Assembly: GCA_963755995.1 (NCBI GenBank)
Contig: CAVWLQ010000003.1
Coordinates: forward strand, 1,156,734-1,220,733
Direction of reading: 5' to 3'
DNA from: an uncultured Chloroflexia bacterium
GTDB taxonomy: Bacteria > Chloroflexota > Limnocylindria > Limnocylindrales > CSP1-4
Length of the DNA: 64,000 nucleotides
Notes under the pieces: generated by a model
Database searches by the model: none
Told to the model about the DNA's origin: nothing
Seen by the model: only the letters and a program-made list of their open reading frames with translations
Shown: positions 52,931 to 61,486 of the stretch, piece after piece
Numbering within the stretch: the stretch's first letter is position 1
How the letters are laid out: every line of letters begins with the position of its first letter
Program-made: the position numbers and the translations under genes

Positions 52931-53700
52931 CTCGTCAGCGGGATCCCCGCCAGCCAGGCCACCGCGAGCAACCCGACGCCGACCGCCTCGATCTCCCAGG
53001 CGCGCTCGCGCCGGGTCAGCCCCGCGTCGCGGCCGAGAACGATGCCGAGACCGACCACGAGCCCGGCGCCCATGGCTGCCGCGATGACGGGGCCGCCGGC
53101 GCCTGACGCCACGAGGGTCGCGATCGCGGCGACGATGACGGCCAGCAGCAACCCGCTGCTCACCAGCCAGGCCCGTCGCGGGCCGAGGCGGACCGCCACT
53201 GAATCGACGCCGGCGGCTGCGTCGCGCTCCCGGTCTGCGCTGGCGTTGGCGACGGCCAGCGCCGCCCCAGCGACCACGGCCACCGGCACCAGCACCGCGA
53301 AGGCAGGCGGCAGCGATCCGGTCACGCCGAGCCAGCCGTAGACCGGCAGCAACGGGATCCCGACCGCGAACGGCAGCCACGACCAGGCCGTGCCCTTCGC
53401 GACGAGGTCGTAGCCATACCCGATGGCCAGGATCACGCCGGCCAGACCGAGGGTCGCCGCGCCGGACGGGACCGCCAGCAGCAGCCCGAGCGTGGCCGCG
53501 ACGACCATGACCACCCGGGCGCTCGCCGGCGTCACGAGGCCGGCCGGGATCGGCTTGCCGGGCTTGTGGCCGGCGTCCCGCGGCGCGTCGACGAGGTCGT
53601 TGAGCGTCCCGATCGAGACCTGGAGCGCAGTCATCGAGACCGCCAGGCGGAGGGCCGTCGCAGCATCCGCCCCGGCGATGGCCGCGACCGCCGCCACCAC
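52927..53700 (-). CDS. UbiA family prenyltransferase (N-terminus incompletely resolved)
   Basis: Asp-rich motif NDLVDAPRD, a second Asp-rich motif ASADRERD, about 8 TM segments. Similarity continues upstream (LGGLLRLTHPFPSVLDG, to about 53760) with no in-frame start codon, so a frameshift or unusual start is likely. Confidence 0.8.
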   Translation of the reverse strand: MVAAVAAIAGADAATALRLAVSMTALQVSIGTLNDLVDAPRDAGHKPGKPIPAGLVTPASARVVMVVAATLGLLLAVPSGAATLGLAGVILAIGYGYDLVAKGTAWSWLPFAVGIPLLPVYGWLGVTGSLPPAFAVLVPVAVVAGAALAVANASADRERDAAAGVDSVAVRLGPRRAWLVSSGLLLAVIVAAIATLVASGAGGPVIAAAMGAGLVVGLGIVLGRDAGLTRRERAWEIEAVGVGLLAVAWLAGIPLTS

Positions 53701-53788
53701 GACACCATCGAGGACGGAGGGGAACGGGTGGGTCAGCCGGAGGAGGCCACCCAGCCGTGCCGGAAGTCCCGGCGGGTGTGCCGGCGGG

Positions 53789-54154
53789 TCAGACGTAGAC
53801 GATCTCGCCGAAGTTCATGGCGAGGTATTCGATCAGACGCGCCCGGGCGTCCGCGACCTGGGCGCGAAGACCGGGCACCAGCGCGAAGAGCGTCACAGTC
53901 GGGACGACGAGGCGACCCTTCGCATCGTGGCCGACGGACGCGGGTGGTCCGCCACCGGAAGCGAACACCCGTTCGAATCCGCGCTCATCCAGCCGAGTCG
54001 CCTTGCGGAAGTCGTCGACGACCTTGACGATGCCGCGCCGGATGACGACGTCGCGCAGCAGCTCCTCCACCCATGCGTCGATCTGGTCGTCGCTCTGGTC
54101 GGCGAGCCGGGCGCGATATTCGGTCGGGTCGGCGGACAGGCCGGTCGCTACCAC
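53789..54154 (-). CDS. 121-aa hypothetical protein
   Basis: AGGAGG RBS 4 nt before the GTG at 54154, which lies 13 nt after the plsC stop. High GC3. No family recognised. ORF 53789..54229 over-extends. Confidence 0.55.
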   Translation of the reverse strand: MVATGLSADPTEYRARLADQSDDQIDAWVEELLRDVVIRRGIVKVVDDFRKATRLDERGFERVFASGGGPPASVGHDAKGRLVVPTVTLFALVPGLRAQVADARARLIEYLAMNFGEIVYV

Positions 54155-54167
54155 GGTTCCTCCTGCG

Positions 54168-54953
54168 TCAGTCGGGCGGCTCGAAGTATGCCAGACCGGG
54201 ACCCGGCGAGGCCGCTCCGGCCGCCTCACGCGAGCCTTCCGGCCAGTCGTTGAACCGCTCCGTCACCCAGCGCCCGAACCGCCCCGGCTCCGCGACGTCC
54301 GGGGCGCCCTCGACCAACGCCGTGAGGGCGGCGGTCAGCCGCGCAGTCGCGTCCGCGACCGCCTCCCGGCTGGGCCGGCCCGCGATCGGGACGGGCTCCC
54401 CCACCTCGACCGTGATCCGGCCGCCGAGTCGCAGCCAGCTCGTGCCGTGGATGGCGATCGGCACCAGCGGTACGCCCGACCGCAGCGCGAAATAGCCCGC
54501 TCCTTCGCTCAGCGGCAGCAGGTCCGACTCGCGGACGTGGATACGGCCCTCGCCGGCGATGGCAACGACCCCGCCCGACGCGATGACGGCCGCCAGGCGC
54601 CGGGTGGCCTCGAGCAGGTCGTTCTTGCCGGGCTTGTACGGGATCGTCGTCCCGGTCCAGGACATGATCCGGTTCCGGCCGCCGACCGCCATGTCCTCCT
54701 CTTTCGGCCCGAAGAACCAGAGGCGGGGTCGGAGTGGCAGGACGGCCATCAGGGCGAACGGATCGGCCCAGCTCATGTGGTTGAAGCAGTAGATCGCCGG
54801 ACCGGGCGGCAGGCGCTCGCGTCCGACCAGCCGGACCCGCAGGTAGCCGCGAGCGACGATCGAGGCCGCGAGTCGCGCGATCCAGTAGCGGATCGTCCGG
54901 CGAAGCGGGCTGACGGCCGGACCGGGCAGTCGGTCCCGTTCCGTGCCAGGCAT
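54168..54953 (-). CDS. 1-acyl-sn-glycerol-3-phosphate acyltransferase family (PlsC-like)
   Basis: Acyltransferase HX4D motif NHMSWAD, FFGPKEE, IAGEGRI, PLVPIAIHG. Start taken at M (54953). Confidence 0.85.
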   Translation of the reverse strand: MPGTERDRLPGPAVSPLRRTIRYWIARLAASIVARGYLRVRLVGRERLPPGPAIYCFNHMSWADPFALMAVLPLRPRLWFFGPKEEDMAVGGRNRIMSWTGTTIPYKPGKNDLLEATRRLAAVIASGGVVAIAGEGRIHVRESDLLPLSEGAGYFALRSGVPLVPIAIHGTSWLRLGGRITVEVGEPVPIAGRPSREAVADATARLTAALTALVEGAPDVAEPGRFGRWVTERFNDWPEGSREAAGAASPGPGLAYFEPPD

Positions 54954-54960
54954 CCGCGGG

Positions 54961-55695
54961 CTAGGCTCGGTCACCGTCGCCAGCCCGGTCCCCGTGGCCG
55001 GCCAAGTCGCCCGCGCCCGCCAGGTCGACGGAGCCGGCATGCGGCTCGACGGCCGCGGGGTCCAGCTCGGACAGGCGATCGAGAACCAGATCCGCCGCCT
55101 CCGCCGTCCCGGGCGCGGGCGGCACGCTCCGATTCGGGACGAGGACCACGGTCATGCCCGCCGCCCGCGCCGCCCGGACGCCGTTGAACGAGTCCTCGAC
55201 GACGAGACACGCGGCCGCGTCGACGCCGAGCTGCCGGGCGGCCTCGAGATAGACGTCCGGTGCCGGCTTGCCGCGGGCGACCTCGTCGGACGACACGACG
55301 ACCGCGAAGACATCGGTCAGGCCGGTCGCGTCGAGGGCGGCGTCGATGACCGCTCGATGCGCCGAGGACGCGAGGGCGACCGGACGGTCGGCGGCGATGC
55401 GTCGGACCGACTCGACGGCACCATCGATCCGGGGCGCGCCCTCGGTCCGATAGCGCTCGACGACGGCGTCCACGATGGCCCGCTCGATCTCCTCCTCCGG
55501 CAGGTCCAGGTGCATGCGCTCGCGCATGATGCGAGCCCAGGCCGCCGAGTTGGCACCCATGACGGCCGCCTGATCGGCCGGCCCCCACGTCCGACCGTGC
55601 TCCGCGGCGAATGATGCGCGGACCTCGTCCCACCAGATCTCCGAGTCGACCAGGACCCCATCGAGGTCGAAGATGACGCAGGCGATCGCCGTCAT
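54961..55695 (-). CDS. HAD superfamily hydrolase (beta-phosphoglucomutase-like subfamily IA)
   Basis: Motif I VIFDLDGVLVDS, motif II ASSA, motif III KPAPDVY, motif IV VVEDSFNGVRAA. ATGA overlap with the upstream gene. This is the C-terminal part of the 469-aa ORF 54961..56370. Confidence 0.88.
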   Translation of the reverse strand: MTAIACVIFDLDGVLVDSEIWWDEVRASFAAEHGRTWGPADQAAVMGANSAAWARIMRERMHLDLPEEEIERAIVDAVVERYRTEGAPRIDGAVESVRRIAADRPVALASSAHRAVIDAALDATGLTDVFAVVVSSDEVARGKPAPDVYLEAARQLGVDAAACLVVEDSFNGVRAARAAGMTVVLVPNRSVPPAPGTAEAADLVLDRLSELDPAAVEPHAGSVDLAGAGDLAGHGDRAGDGDRA

Positions 55696-56384
55696 GTCCC
55701 CTTCGAGGCGGACCGGCGCGACGTCGACGCGGCGACCGCTGGTGTGGCGGCCCGAGGCGGGGCCGCGGACTTCGCAGCGGGCTTGGCCTTCGCGGCGGCC
55801 GTCCCCGCCGCAGGCGCCGTCGCCGTCGAGACGTTCGCCGACGGCGCGTTGGCCTTGGCCGTCGCGGCCCGCGGCTTCGCGCCGGCGACCGCTCCCTGGG
55901 CTCCCTTCCCGGCCGTCGAACGTCCGGGTCCGAGGGCCGCACGCCGTCGTGGGACGCTCGATGGCGCCGGCGCCGGACGGCCGTCGACCGCGGCGAACAG
56001 CACCTGCGCGAACCCGGCGATCGCGTCGGCTGCGGCATCGGCCCCGTTGAGGACCTGGCTCTCGACCTGGAAGCTGATCAGCCGGTGGCCGCCCTGCATC
56101 TCCAGCCCGAGCTCCCCGAGCTGCACCCTGTTCCAGCGCACGAGCTTGCCGCTGGCGCGCGGCCCTTCGCCGGCGACATTGACGCGGACGTTGAGCTGGA
56201 TGAGGCCGCCCTGGGTCGGCGCGAGGATCATGTACCGCACGCCGGGATCGTCGCCCCAGATGACCCAGCAGTCCGGGTCGCTCGACGCGCCGAGCATGCC
56301 GAGCGCCGGGTCGACGACCGCCTGGACCTTGGGCGAGACCGAATCCCTCGACGGCGCGCGCTTGCGCCATTCGCTCAGCCGCAT
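55692..56384 (-). CDS. hypothetical protein: about 125-aa globular N-domain plus Ala/Lys/Pro-rich basic tail
   Basis: Intact 230-aa ORF heading the HAD-PlsC-121aa-UbiA gene string. The tail (GAKPRAATAKANAP...AAKAKPAAKSAAPP) resembles histone-like AKP repeats. No family recognised. Confidence 0.55.
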   Translation of the reverse strand: MRLSEWRKRAPSRDSVSPKVQAVVDPALGMLGASSDPDCWVIWGDDPGVRYMILAPTQGGLIQLNVRVNVAGEGPRASGKLVRWNRVQLGELGLEMQGGHRLISFQVESQVLNGADAAADAIAGFAQVLFAAVDGRPAPAPSSVPRRRAALGPGRSTAGKGAQGAVAGAKPRAATAKANAPSANVSTATAPAAGTAAAKAKPAAKSAAPPRAATPAVAASTSRRSASKGT

Positions 56385-56531
56385 CCGAGCCTCCCGAACA
56401 TCGCGTGATCCCGGATGATCCCGATGGACCGCGCCCTCAACGCGAGGCTAGCACACGGCCGTTCGGCTCCGATGGGCGCCCGGAGGCCCGCCGGCGGTTG
56501 CGTCCGGGAACGCCTCGGGTACCGTGGCGTC

Positions 56532-57512
56532 ATGCACGTTCGACGCGGACTTCTCGGGTGGGGCGTCTTCCTGATCCTCGCCGGGGCGATCCCGCTGGCC
56601 GTCCGGGCCGGCTACCTCGACGGCGACCAGGTCGCCCGGCTGTGGACCCTGTGGCCGCTGATCCTGATCGGGATCGGCGTCGGGCTCATCCTCCGGCGAA
56701 CCAGTTTCGGGTTCCTCGGCGGCCTCATCGTGGCGGCCACCCTGGGACTGATGGTCGGCGGCCTCCTGAGCATCGGCTCGACCGGGTTCGCGGTCGGCAC
56801 CTGCGGGGGAGCGGGCGCGACCAAGCCGTTCGATGCCCGCACCGGGACATTCGGGGCGAACGGTTCGATGGACGTCCAGCTCGATTGCGGCAGCCTGACG
56901 GTCGCGACCGCGGCCGGCGATGGCTGGCAGCTCGAGGGCCTGGACGACGCGGGCATGGGGCCGACGATCACGAGCGACGCCACCGCGAGCGACATCAGCT
57001 TCCGATCCCGCAACCAGGGCGGACCGTTCAGCTTCGGCGACCACGTCTCGTGGCAGCTGACGTTGCCGCAGACCCCGCGCCTCGACCTCGACGTCCAGCT
57101 GAACGCGGGGAGCGCCACGATCGGCCTGGCGAGCGCCACGATGGACGGCTTCCACCTCCAGATGAACGCCGGCTCCTCGACGGTCGATCTCGGCTCGGTC
57201 GCGGTGCTCGGGTCGATCGATGTCGAGCTCAACGCCGGCTCGCTGGGCCTGTCACTGCCGCGCGTGTCGACCCACGGGACGATCCAGGCCAACGCGGGCG
57301 CGGTCAAGCTATGCGCCGCAGAAGGCACGGCGCTTCGCCTCCACACCGGCGAGAGCATCCTCGCGAGCTACGACTACGCCGGCCACGGCCTCGTCCAGGA
57401 CGGTTCGACCTGGAGCACGCCCGGGTTCGACACAGCGGAGATCCGGATCGAGCTGGACACGCGCGCGAACGCCGGGTCGTTCGTCCTCGATCCCGACGAC
57501 GGATGCGGGTGA
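56532..57512 (+). CDS. LiaF/YvqF-like membrane protein (N-terminal TMs plus C-terminal beta-repeat putative-adhesin domain)
   Basis: TMs GLLGWGVFLILAGAIPL, WPLILIGIGVGLIL and FLGGLIVAATLGLMVGGL. Repeats LNAGSATIGL / MNAGSSTVDL / LNAGSLGLSL / ANAGAVKL. The M at 56532 is preferred over the ORF start at 56415. Confidence 0.65.
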   Translation: MHVRRGLLGWGVFLILAGAIPLAVRAGYLDGDQVARLWTLWPLILIGIGVGLILRRTSFGFLGGLIVAATLGLMVGGLLSIGSTGFAVGTCGGAGATKPFDARTGTFGANGSMDVQLDCGSLTVATAAGDGWQLEGLDDAGMGPTITSDATASDISFRSRNQGGPFSFGDHVSWQLTLPQTPRLDLDVQLNAGSATIGLASATMDGFHLQMNAGSSTVDLGSVAVLGSIDVELNAGSLGLSLPRVSTHGTIQANAGAVKLCAAEGTALRLHTGESILASYDYAGHGLVQDGSTWSTPGFDTAEIRIELDTRANAGSFVLDPDDGCG

Positions 57513-57552
57513 CCGACGATGCGGGGTGACCACCGATGCGGGCGTGACCACC
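57502..57552 (+). repeat. three tandem 16/17/18-nt repeats spanning the liaF-like stop and abutting the pspC start
   Basis: GATGCGGGTGACCGAC | GATGCGGGGTGACCACC | GATGCGGGCGTGACCACC, followed by GATGAGCGACC (the pspC ATG at 57554). The first unit contains the upstream stop codon. Confidence 0.8.
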
Positions 57553-57553
57553 G

Positions 57554-58042
57554 ATGAGCGACCGGCTCTATCGCTCCCGGGACGACCGCATGATCACCGG
57601 TGTCGCCGGCGGCGTCGCCGAGCAGCTCGACGCCGACCCATCCCTCATCCGGATCGTGTGGGCCGTGCTGATCGTCCTGACCGGCGGCCTGGCGCTGCTC
57701 GTCTACATCGTGATGGCCGTCGTCGTGCCGGAGCGACCGCCAGGGCAGGAGCCCGGGCACCGCACGCCATCGTCCGCGCCCGCGCCGGACGGATCGTGGC
57801 GGGCCCCGGATGGATCGACCGTGCCGCTCGGCGCGACGCCGCCGCGGCGCGCTCGGAGCCGTGACGACGCGATGCGTGGCGGCCTCGTCGCGGGCTTGGT
57901 CCTCATCGTCATCGGCGGCTTCTTCCTGCTCCGCGAGATCCTGCCGGCGTTCGATCCCGGGCTGTGGTGGCCGATCGTCGCCATCGGCCTGGGCGTCGTG
58001 CTGGTCGTCCTCGCCGTGAGCCCGTCGAGGCGCTCGGACTGA
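57554..58042 (+). CDS. PspC domain membrane protein
   Basis: LYRSRDDRMITGVAGGVAEQLDADPSLIRIVWAVLIVLTGGLALLVYIVMAVVVPE is the PspC domain. A second TM pair lies at the C-terminus. Confidence 0.85.
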   Translation: MSDRLYRSRDDRMITGVAGGVAEQLDADPSLIRIVWAVLIVLTGGLALLVYIVMAVVVPERPPGQEPGHRTPSSAPAPDGSWRAPDGSTVPLGATPPRRARSRDDAMRGGLVAGLVLIVIGGFFLLREILPAFDPGLWWPIVAIGLGVVLVVLAVSPSRRSD

Positions 58043-58067
58043 CCGTCGCGTCCCGTACGATGCGGAT

Positions 58068-59135
58068 GTGGACAGCGTCTGGGGCTCCTGGCTCAGCGTG
58101 CTCGCGGTGGTCGGCATCGTGATCGGCCTGTCCCTGCTCGCCCGGGGGCTCGGCGCCTATCGGTCGGTCGTGCACGTCGGCGACATCTCGACGTCCGCGA
58201 TCGCGTCGCTGGCCGTCGGCGAGGTCCGGATCAGCGGCGTCGTCGAGCCGGCCGAGATGACCCTCGTGTCGCTCCTCCAGAGCGTGCCCTGCGTCTACTA
58301 CCGCTCGACCATCGGCAACGGCGGCGACCGTCGGACGCCCGATTCGGGCTACACGGAGGAGCGCTCGATCGGCTTTCGCGTCCGCGACGCGTCGGGCGCC
58401 ATGCGGGTGTTCCCGCGCGGGGCGCGGTTCGATGCGCCGGTCCGCTACGACGGTGAGACCGGCATGGCCGGGGACGAGCCGCCCGGTCTCGACATCCGGC
58501 GCAAGGGGTCGACCCGGCTGGCCGAGATGGATCGCTCGATGGCGGTGGCCGAGCTGCTCACCGTCCAGGAGCCCGACGGCCCGAGTCTGGAGCCGGGTCT
58601 GCGGGATCGACGCGGCCACCGGACCTACCACGAGAGCCGGCTGGAGCCCGGCGATCCGGTCACGATCATCGGGCGGGCCCTCCCGTTCGCCGACCTCTCG
58701 GACCCGCTCGGGGCCGACCTCGGGACAGGCCCGGACCTGGCCCTGGACGACCCCGAGATCGCAGCCGACCTCGCGGCCGCGCGCGCCGCGGGCACCCTGG
58801 CCGACGACCCGGCCGAGGCCTGGGGCAACGCGGCCATCGCGGGCTTCGGGATCGGCCGCCCGGTCGCGGCGCCGGAGCTCGACCCGGGCGTCAACGCTCT
58901 GCCGATCGCGACGGCCGATGAAGCCGCGCGGACCACGCGGACCTTCGCGATCGCCCCGGATGACCTGGTCCTGGCAGCGTCGACGGAGGTTCCTCTCTTG
59001 ATCGCCCATGGCATCCCGGATGCGGTCGTCCAGCGCGGCCAGACGCAGTTCATGGTCGGGATGCTCGGCGCGGTGCTGGCCATCGCGTCCGCGATGGTCT
59101 TTGCCATCGACCTCACTGGCGGGTTCGGCCGGTGA
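58068..59135 (+). CDS. GIDE-domain membrane protein
   Basis: N- and C-terminal TMs. GEVRISGVVEP...LVSLLQSVPCVYYRSTI fits the bacterial GIDE pattern. A 4-nt overlap with lemA, its usual partner. Confidence 0.65.
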   Translation: MDSVWGSWLSVLAVVGIVIGLSLLARGLGAYRSVVHVGDISTSAIASLAVGEVRISGVVEPAEMTLVSLLQSVPCVYYRSTIGNGGDRRTPDSGYTEERSIGFRVRDASGAMRVFPRGARFDAPVRYDGETGMAGDEPPGLDIRRKGSTRLAEMDRSMAVAELLTVQEPDGPSLEPGLRDRRGHRTYHESRLEPGDPVTIIGRALPFADLSDPLGADLGTGPDLALDDPEIAADLAAARAAGTLADDPAEAWGNAAIAGFGIGRPVAAPELDPGVNALPIATADEAARTTRTFAIAPDDLVLAASTEVPLLIAHGIPDAVVQRGQTQFMVGMLGAVLAIASAMVFAIDLTGGFGR

Positions 59136-59707
59136 CCCCCCCGGACGTCGCGGCGATCTTCGCGGTCGTGCTCGTTGTCGGGGTGGCCGGTTTCATCGTG
59201 TTATCAAGCTACAACGCTGTCGTGGCACTCCGGCAGCGCATCGACAAGGCATGGTCGAACATCGGGGTCGTCCTTCGCCAACGGCACGACCAGCTCCCCA
59301 ACCTGGTCTCCGCAGTCCGGGGCCTCATGACCTACGAGCGCGACGTGCTCACCCGCGTGACCGAGGCCCGGGCGGCCTATGCGCCCGACGCGCCGATCCC
59401 CGACCAGGCCGAGACCTCGGAGGCGACGACCGCCGCGGTCCGCACGCTGTTCGCGGTCGTGGAGCGCTACCCGGACATCAAGTCCGCCGCCAACGTGGCC
59501 GACCTCCAGGACGAGATCGAGCGGCTCGAATCGATGATCGCCGACCGGCGCGAGCTCTACAACGATCAGGTCTATCGCTACAACACCCGGATCAGCCAGG
59601 TCCCAGGCGCCATCCTCGCGCCGATCTTCGGCTGGAAGCCGCGCGAGTTCTTCGCCGCGGACCCGGCCGACGCGATCCGACCCGAGACGGACCTGCGATC
59701 GGCATGA
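59132..59707 (+). CDS. lemA: LemA family protein
   Basis: YNAVVALRQRIDKAWSNIGVVLRQRHDLPNLV-type N-terminus, ERYPDIKS, ELYNDQVYRYNTRISQVPG. Intact 191 aa. Confidence 0.92.
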   Translation: MTPPDVAAIFAVVLVVGVAGFIVLSSYNAVVALRQRIDKAWSNIGVVLRQRHDQLPNLVSAVRGLMTYERDVLTRVTEARAAYAPDAPIPDQAETSEATTAAVRTLFAVVERYPDIKSAANVADLQDEIERLESMIADRRELYNDQVYRYNTRISQVPGAILAPIFGWKPREFFAADPADAIRPETDLRSA

Positions 59708-60309
59708 CGACCGCCGACGGGGGCCGGCCGGACGCGAGTCACGATGCCTGGCTGGTCCGCCACGGCGAGACCGAGTGGGCCCGGGTCGGGCGGCACACCG
59801 GTCGGACCGACGTCCCGTTGACCGACGTCGGCCGTGACCAGGCCCGCGCGCTGGGACGACGGCTGGCGGGCCATCCATTCGCGCTCGTGCTGACCAGCCC
59901 GCTGTCGCGCGCGACCGAGACATGCGCGCTTGCCGGTGTTCCATCGGCCCAGGTCGATCCGGATCTGCGCGAGTGGGACTACGGCGACCTCGAAGGGCGC
60001 CTGACCCCCGACATCCGGGCCGAGCTCCCGGGCTGGACGATCTGGCGCGGGCCGTGGCCCGGAGGCGAGACCATCGACCAGGTGGCGGCGCGGGCGGACC
60101 GGGTCGTGGCCAGGGCGCGGGCCGCCGACGGCGACGTCCTGCTCGTGGCCCACGGACATCTCCTGCGGGTCCTCGCCGCGCGCTGGCTCGGCCTGCCGGC
60201 GACCTCGGGTGGCCTGTTCGCGCTCGGGACGGCGTCGATCTCGGTCCTCGGCTGGGAGCGCGAGGCGCCCGTCGTGGAGCGCTGGAACGAGGCGTGTCAC
60301 CTCACCTGA
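59704..60309 (+). CDS. histidine phosphatase (phosphoglycerate mutase-like) family protein
   Basis: LVRHGETEW (RHG catalytic His), SPLSRA.ET, EWDYGDLEG, VAHGHLLR. ATGA overlap with the lemA stop. Confidence 0.88.
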   Translation: MTTADGGRPDASHDAWLVRHGETEWARVGRHTGRTDVPLTDVGRDQARALGRRLAGHPFALVLTSPLSRATETCALAGVPSAQVDPDLREWDYGDLEGRLTPDIRAELPGWTIWRGPWPGGETIDQVAARADRVVARARAADGDVLLVAHGHLLRVLAARWLGLPATSGGLFALGTASISVLGWEREAPVVERWNEACHLT

Positions 60310-60347
60310 CGACCACCTCACTTGACGACGAGGACCGTCGAGCAGCC

Positions 60348-61466
60348 TTACCCGGCGACGGCCTCACTCGCGGCGCCCACCCCGACCCGTCCCCGTCGGG
60401 GCAGCCGCCGGATCGCGACCATCGTCACGTCGTCGGCGGCCGGCATCTCGCCCTGGAAGAGGTGGTACGCGTCGCAGACCGCGCCCACGATGTCCGCCGC
60501 GGCCCGCGATGGCGCCGACCGGACGGCCTCGACCAGCCGCGCCTCGCCGAACCGTTCGCCACCGGCGGCCTGCGCGTCGGTCACCCCGTCCGTGTAGAGC
60601 AGCACGAGGTCGCCCGGGTCGAGGGCGGTCGTGCACTCGGTCAGGTCCAGCCGCCGATACGCCCCGAGGAGCGGCCCGGAGGCCTCCAGCCAGACCGGCT
60701 CGTCGTCACCGGACCGCAGGAGCAGCGGCGGCTCGTGGCCGGCGTTCGCCAGCTGCAGGGTCCCGGCGCGCATGTCGATCGTGGCGCACAGCGCGGTGAT
60801 GAACAGCGCCGAGCGCCGCTCCTCGACGAGGATCCGGTTGGTCCGCTCGAGCGCGTCGCCGGGCGCCAGCGCGTGATCGATGGCCGCGTGGAGGAGGGGT
60901 CGGGCAAAGGCCATCAGGAGCGCGGCCGCGATGCCCTTGCCGGTCACGTCGGCGATGCAGACGGCCAGGCGCCCGGGCCGGCGCTGGATGCGGAAGACGT
61001 CGAAGAAGTCGCCGCCGACCTCCCGCGCCGGCTCGTACTGGGTGGCGACCTCGTAGCCCGGGAGGTCGGGCGGGATGAGCGGCACGAAGCTGCGCTGGAT
61101 CTGGCGGCCGAGCGCCAGCTCCGCCTCGATCCGATGGATGTTCGCGTCGGATCGGCCCGCTTCCGCGGCGCGGGCTCCATCCGCGGCGAGCGACTCGATG
61201 ATCGCCCCGGCGGCGGTCGCAAGGCTGTCCACGATCGCCAAGAGAAGCGCCCGCCCGATCGTCCCCCGCCCATCGACTCGCCCGACGACGGCGTCGCCAG
61301 CCACGATCTCCCGGCGGGCCGTCACCGCGCGCGCGCCCGCGACCGAGCCCGCCGCGGCCACGATCCGGCCGTCGGCGTCCTGGATCGAGATCGCCACCCC
61401 GCCCCCGGCGACCCCGTACGGCGCCACGATCGCCCGAAGCCGGGCGTCGGGCCGATCAAGGTCCAT
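60348..61466 (-). CDS. PP2C-type (SpoIIE/RsbU-like) serine phosphatase with about 130-aa N-terminal sensory region
   Basis: LALGRQIQRSF.P, GGDFFDV, IADVTGKGIAAA, NAGHEPPLL, LLYTDGVTDA. Start at M 61466, 20 nt after the STAS stop. This is the C-terminal part of the 708-aa ORF. Confidence 0.88.
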   Translation of the reverse strand: MDLDRPDARLRAIVAPYGVAGGGVAISIQDADGRIVAAAGSVAGARAVTARREIVAGDAVVGRVDGRGTIGRALLLAIVDSLATAAGAIIESLAADGARAAEAGRSDANIHRIEAELALGRQIQRSFVPLIPPDLPGYEVATQYEPAREVGGDFFDVFRIQRRPGRLAVCIADVTGKGIAAALLMAFARPLLHAAIDHALAPGDALERTNRILVEERRSALFITALCATIDMRAGTLQLANAGHEPPLLLRSGDDEPVWLEASGPLLGAYRRLDLTECTTALDPGDLVLLYTDGVTDAQAAGGERFGEARLVEAVRSAPSRAAADIVGAVCDAYHLFQGEMPAADDVTMVAIRRLPRRGRVGVGAASEAVAG

Positions 61467-61486
61467 CGCGAGCGCCGCGACCGGCC

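Noticed and set aside
54961-56370. 469-aa ORF implying a large HAD fusion protein
   Set aside because: The N-terminal 220 aa are wrong-frame translation of the 230-aa AKP-tailed gene. The HAD enzyme starts at M (55695) with an ATGA overlap.
58061-58072. TGTGGACAG at the GIDE gene start as another DnaA box
   Set aside because: It is an isolated 8/9 match inside the start region of a CDS with no partner boxes, so it is likely chance.
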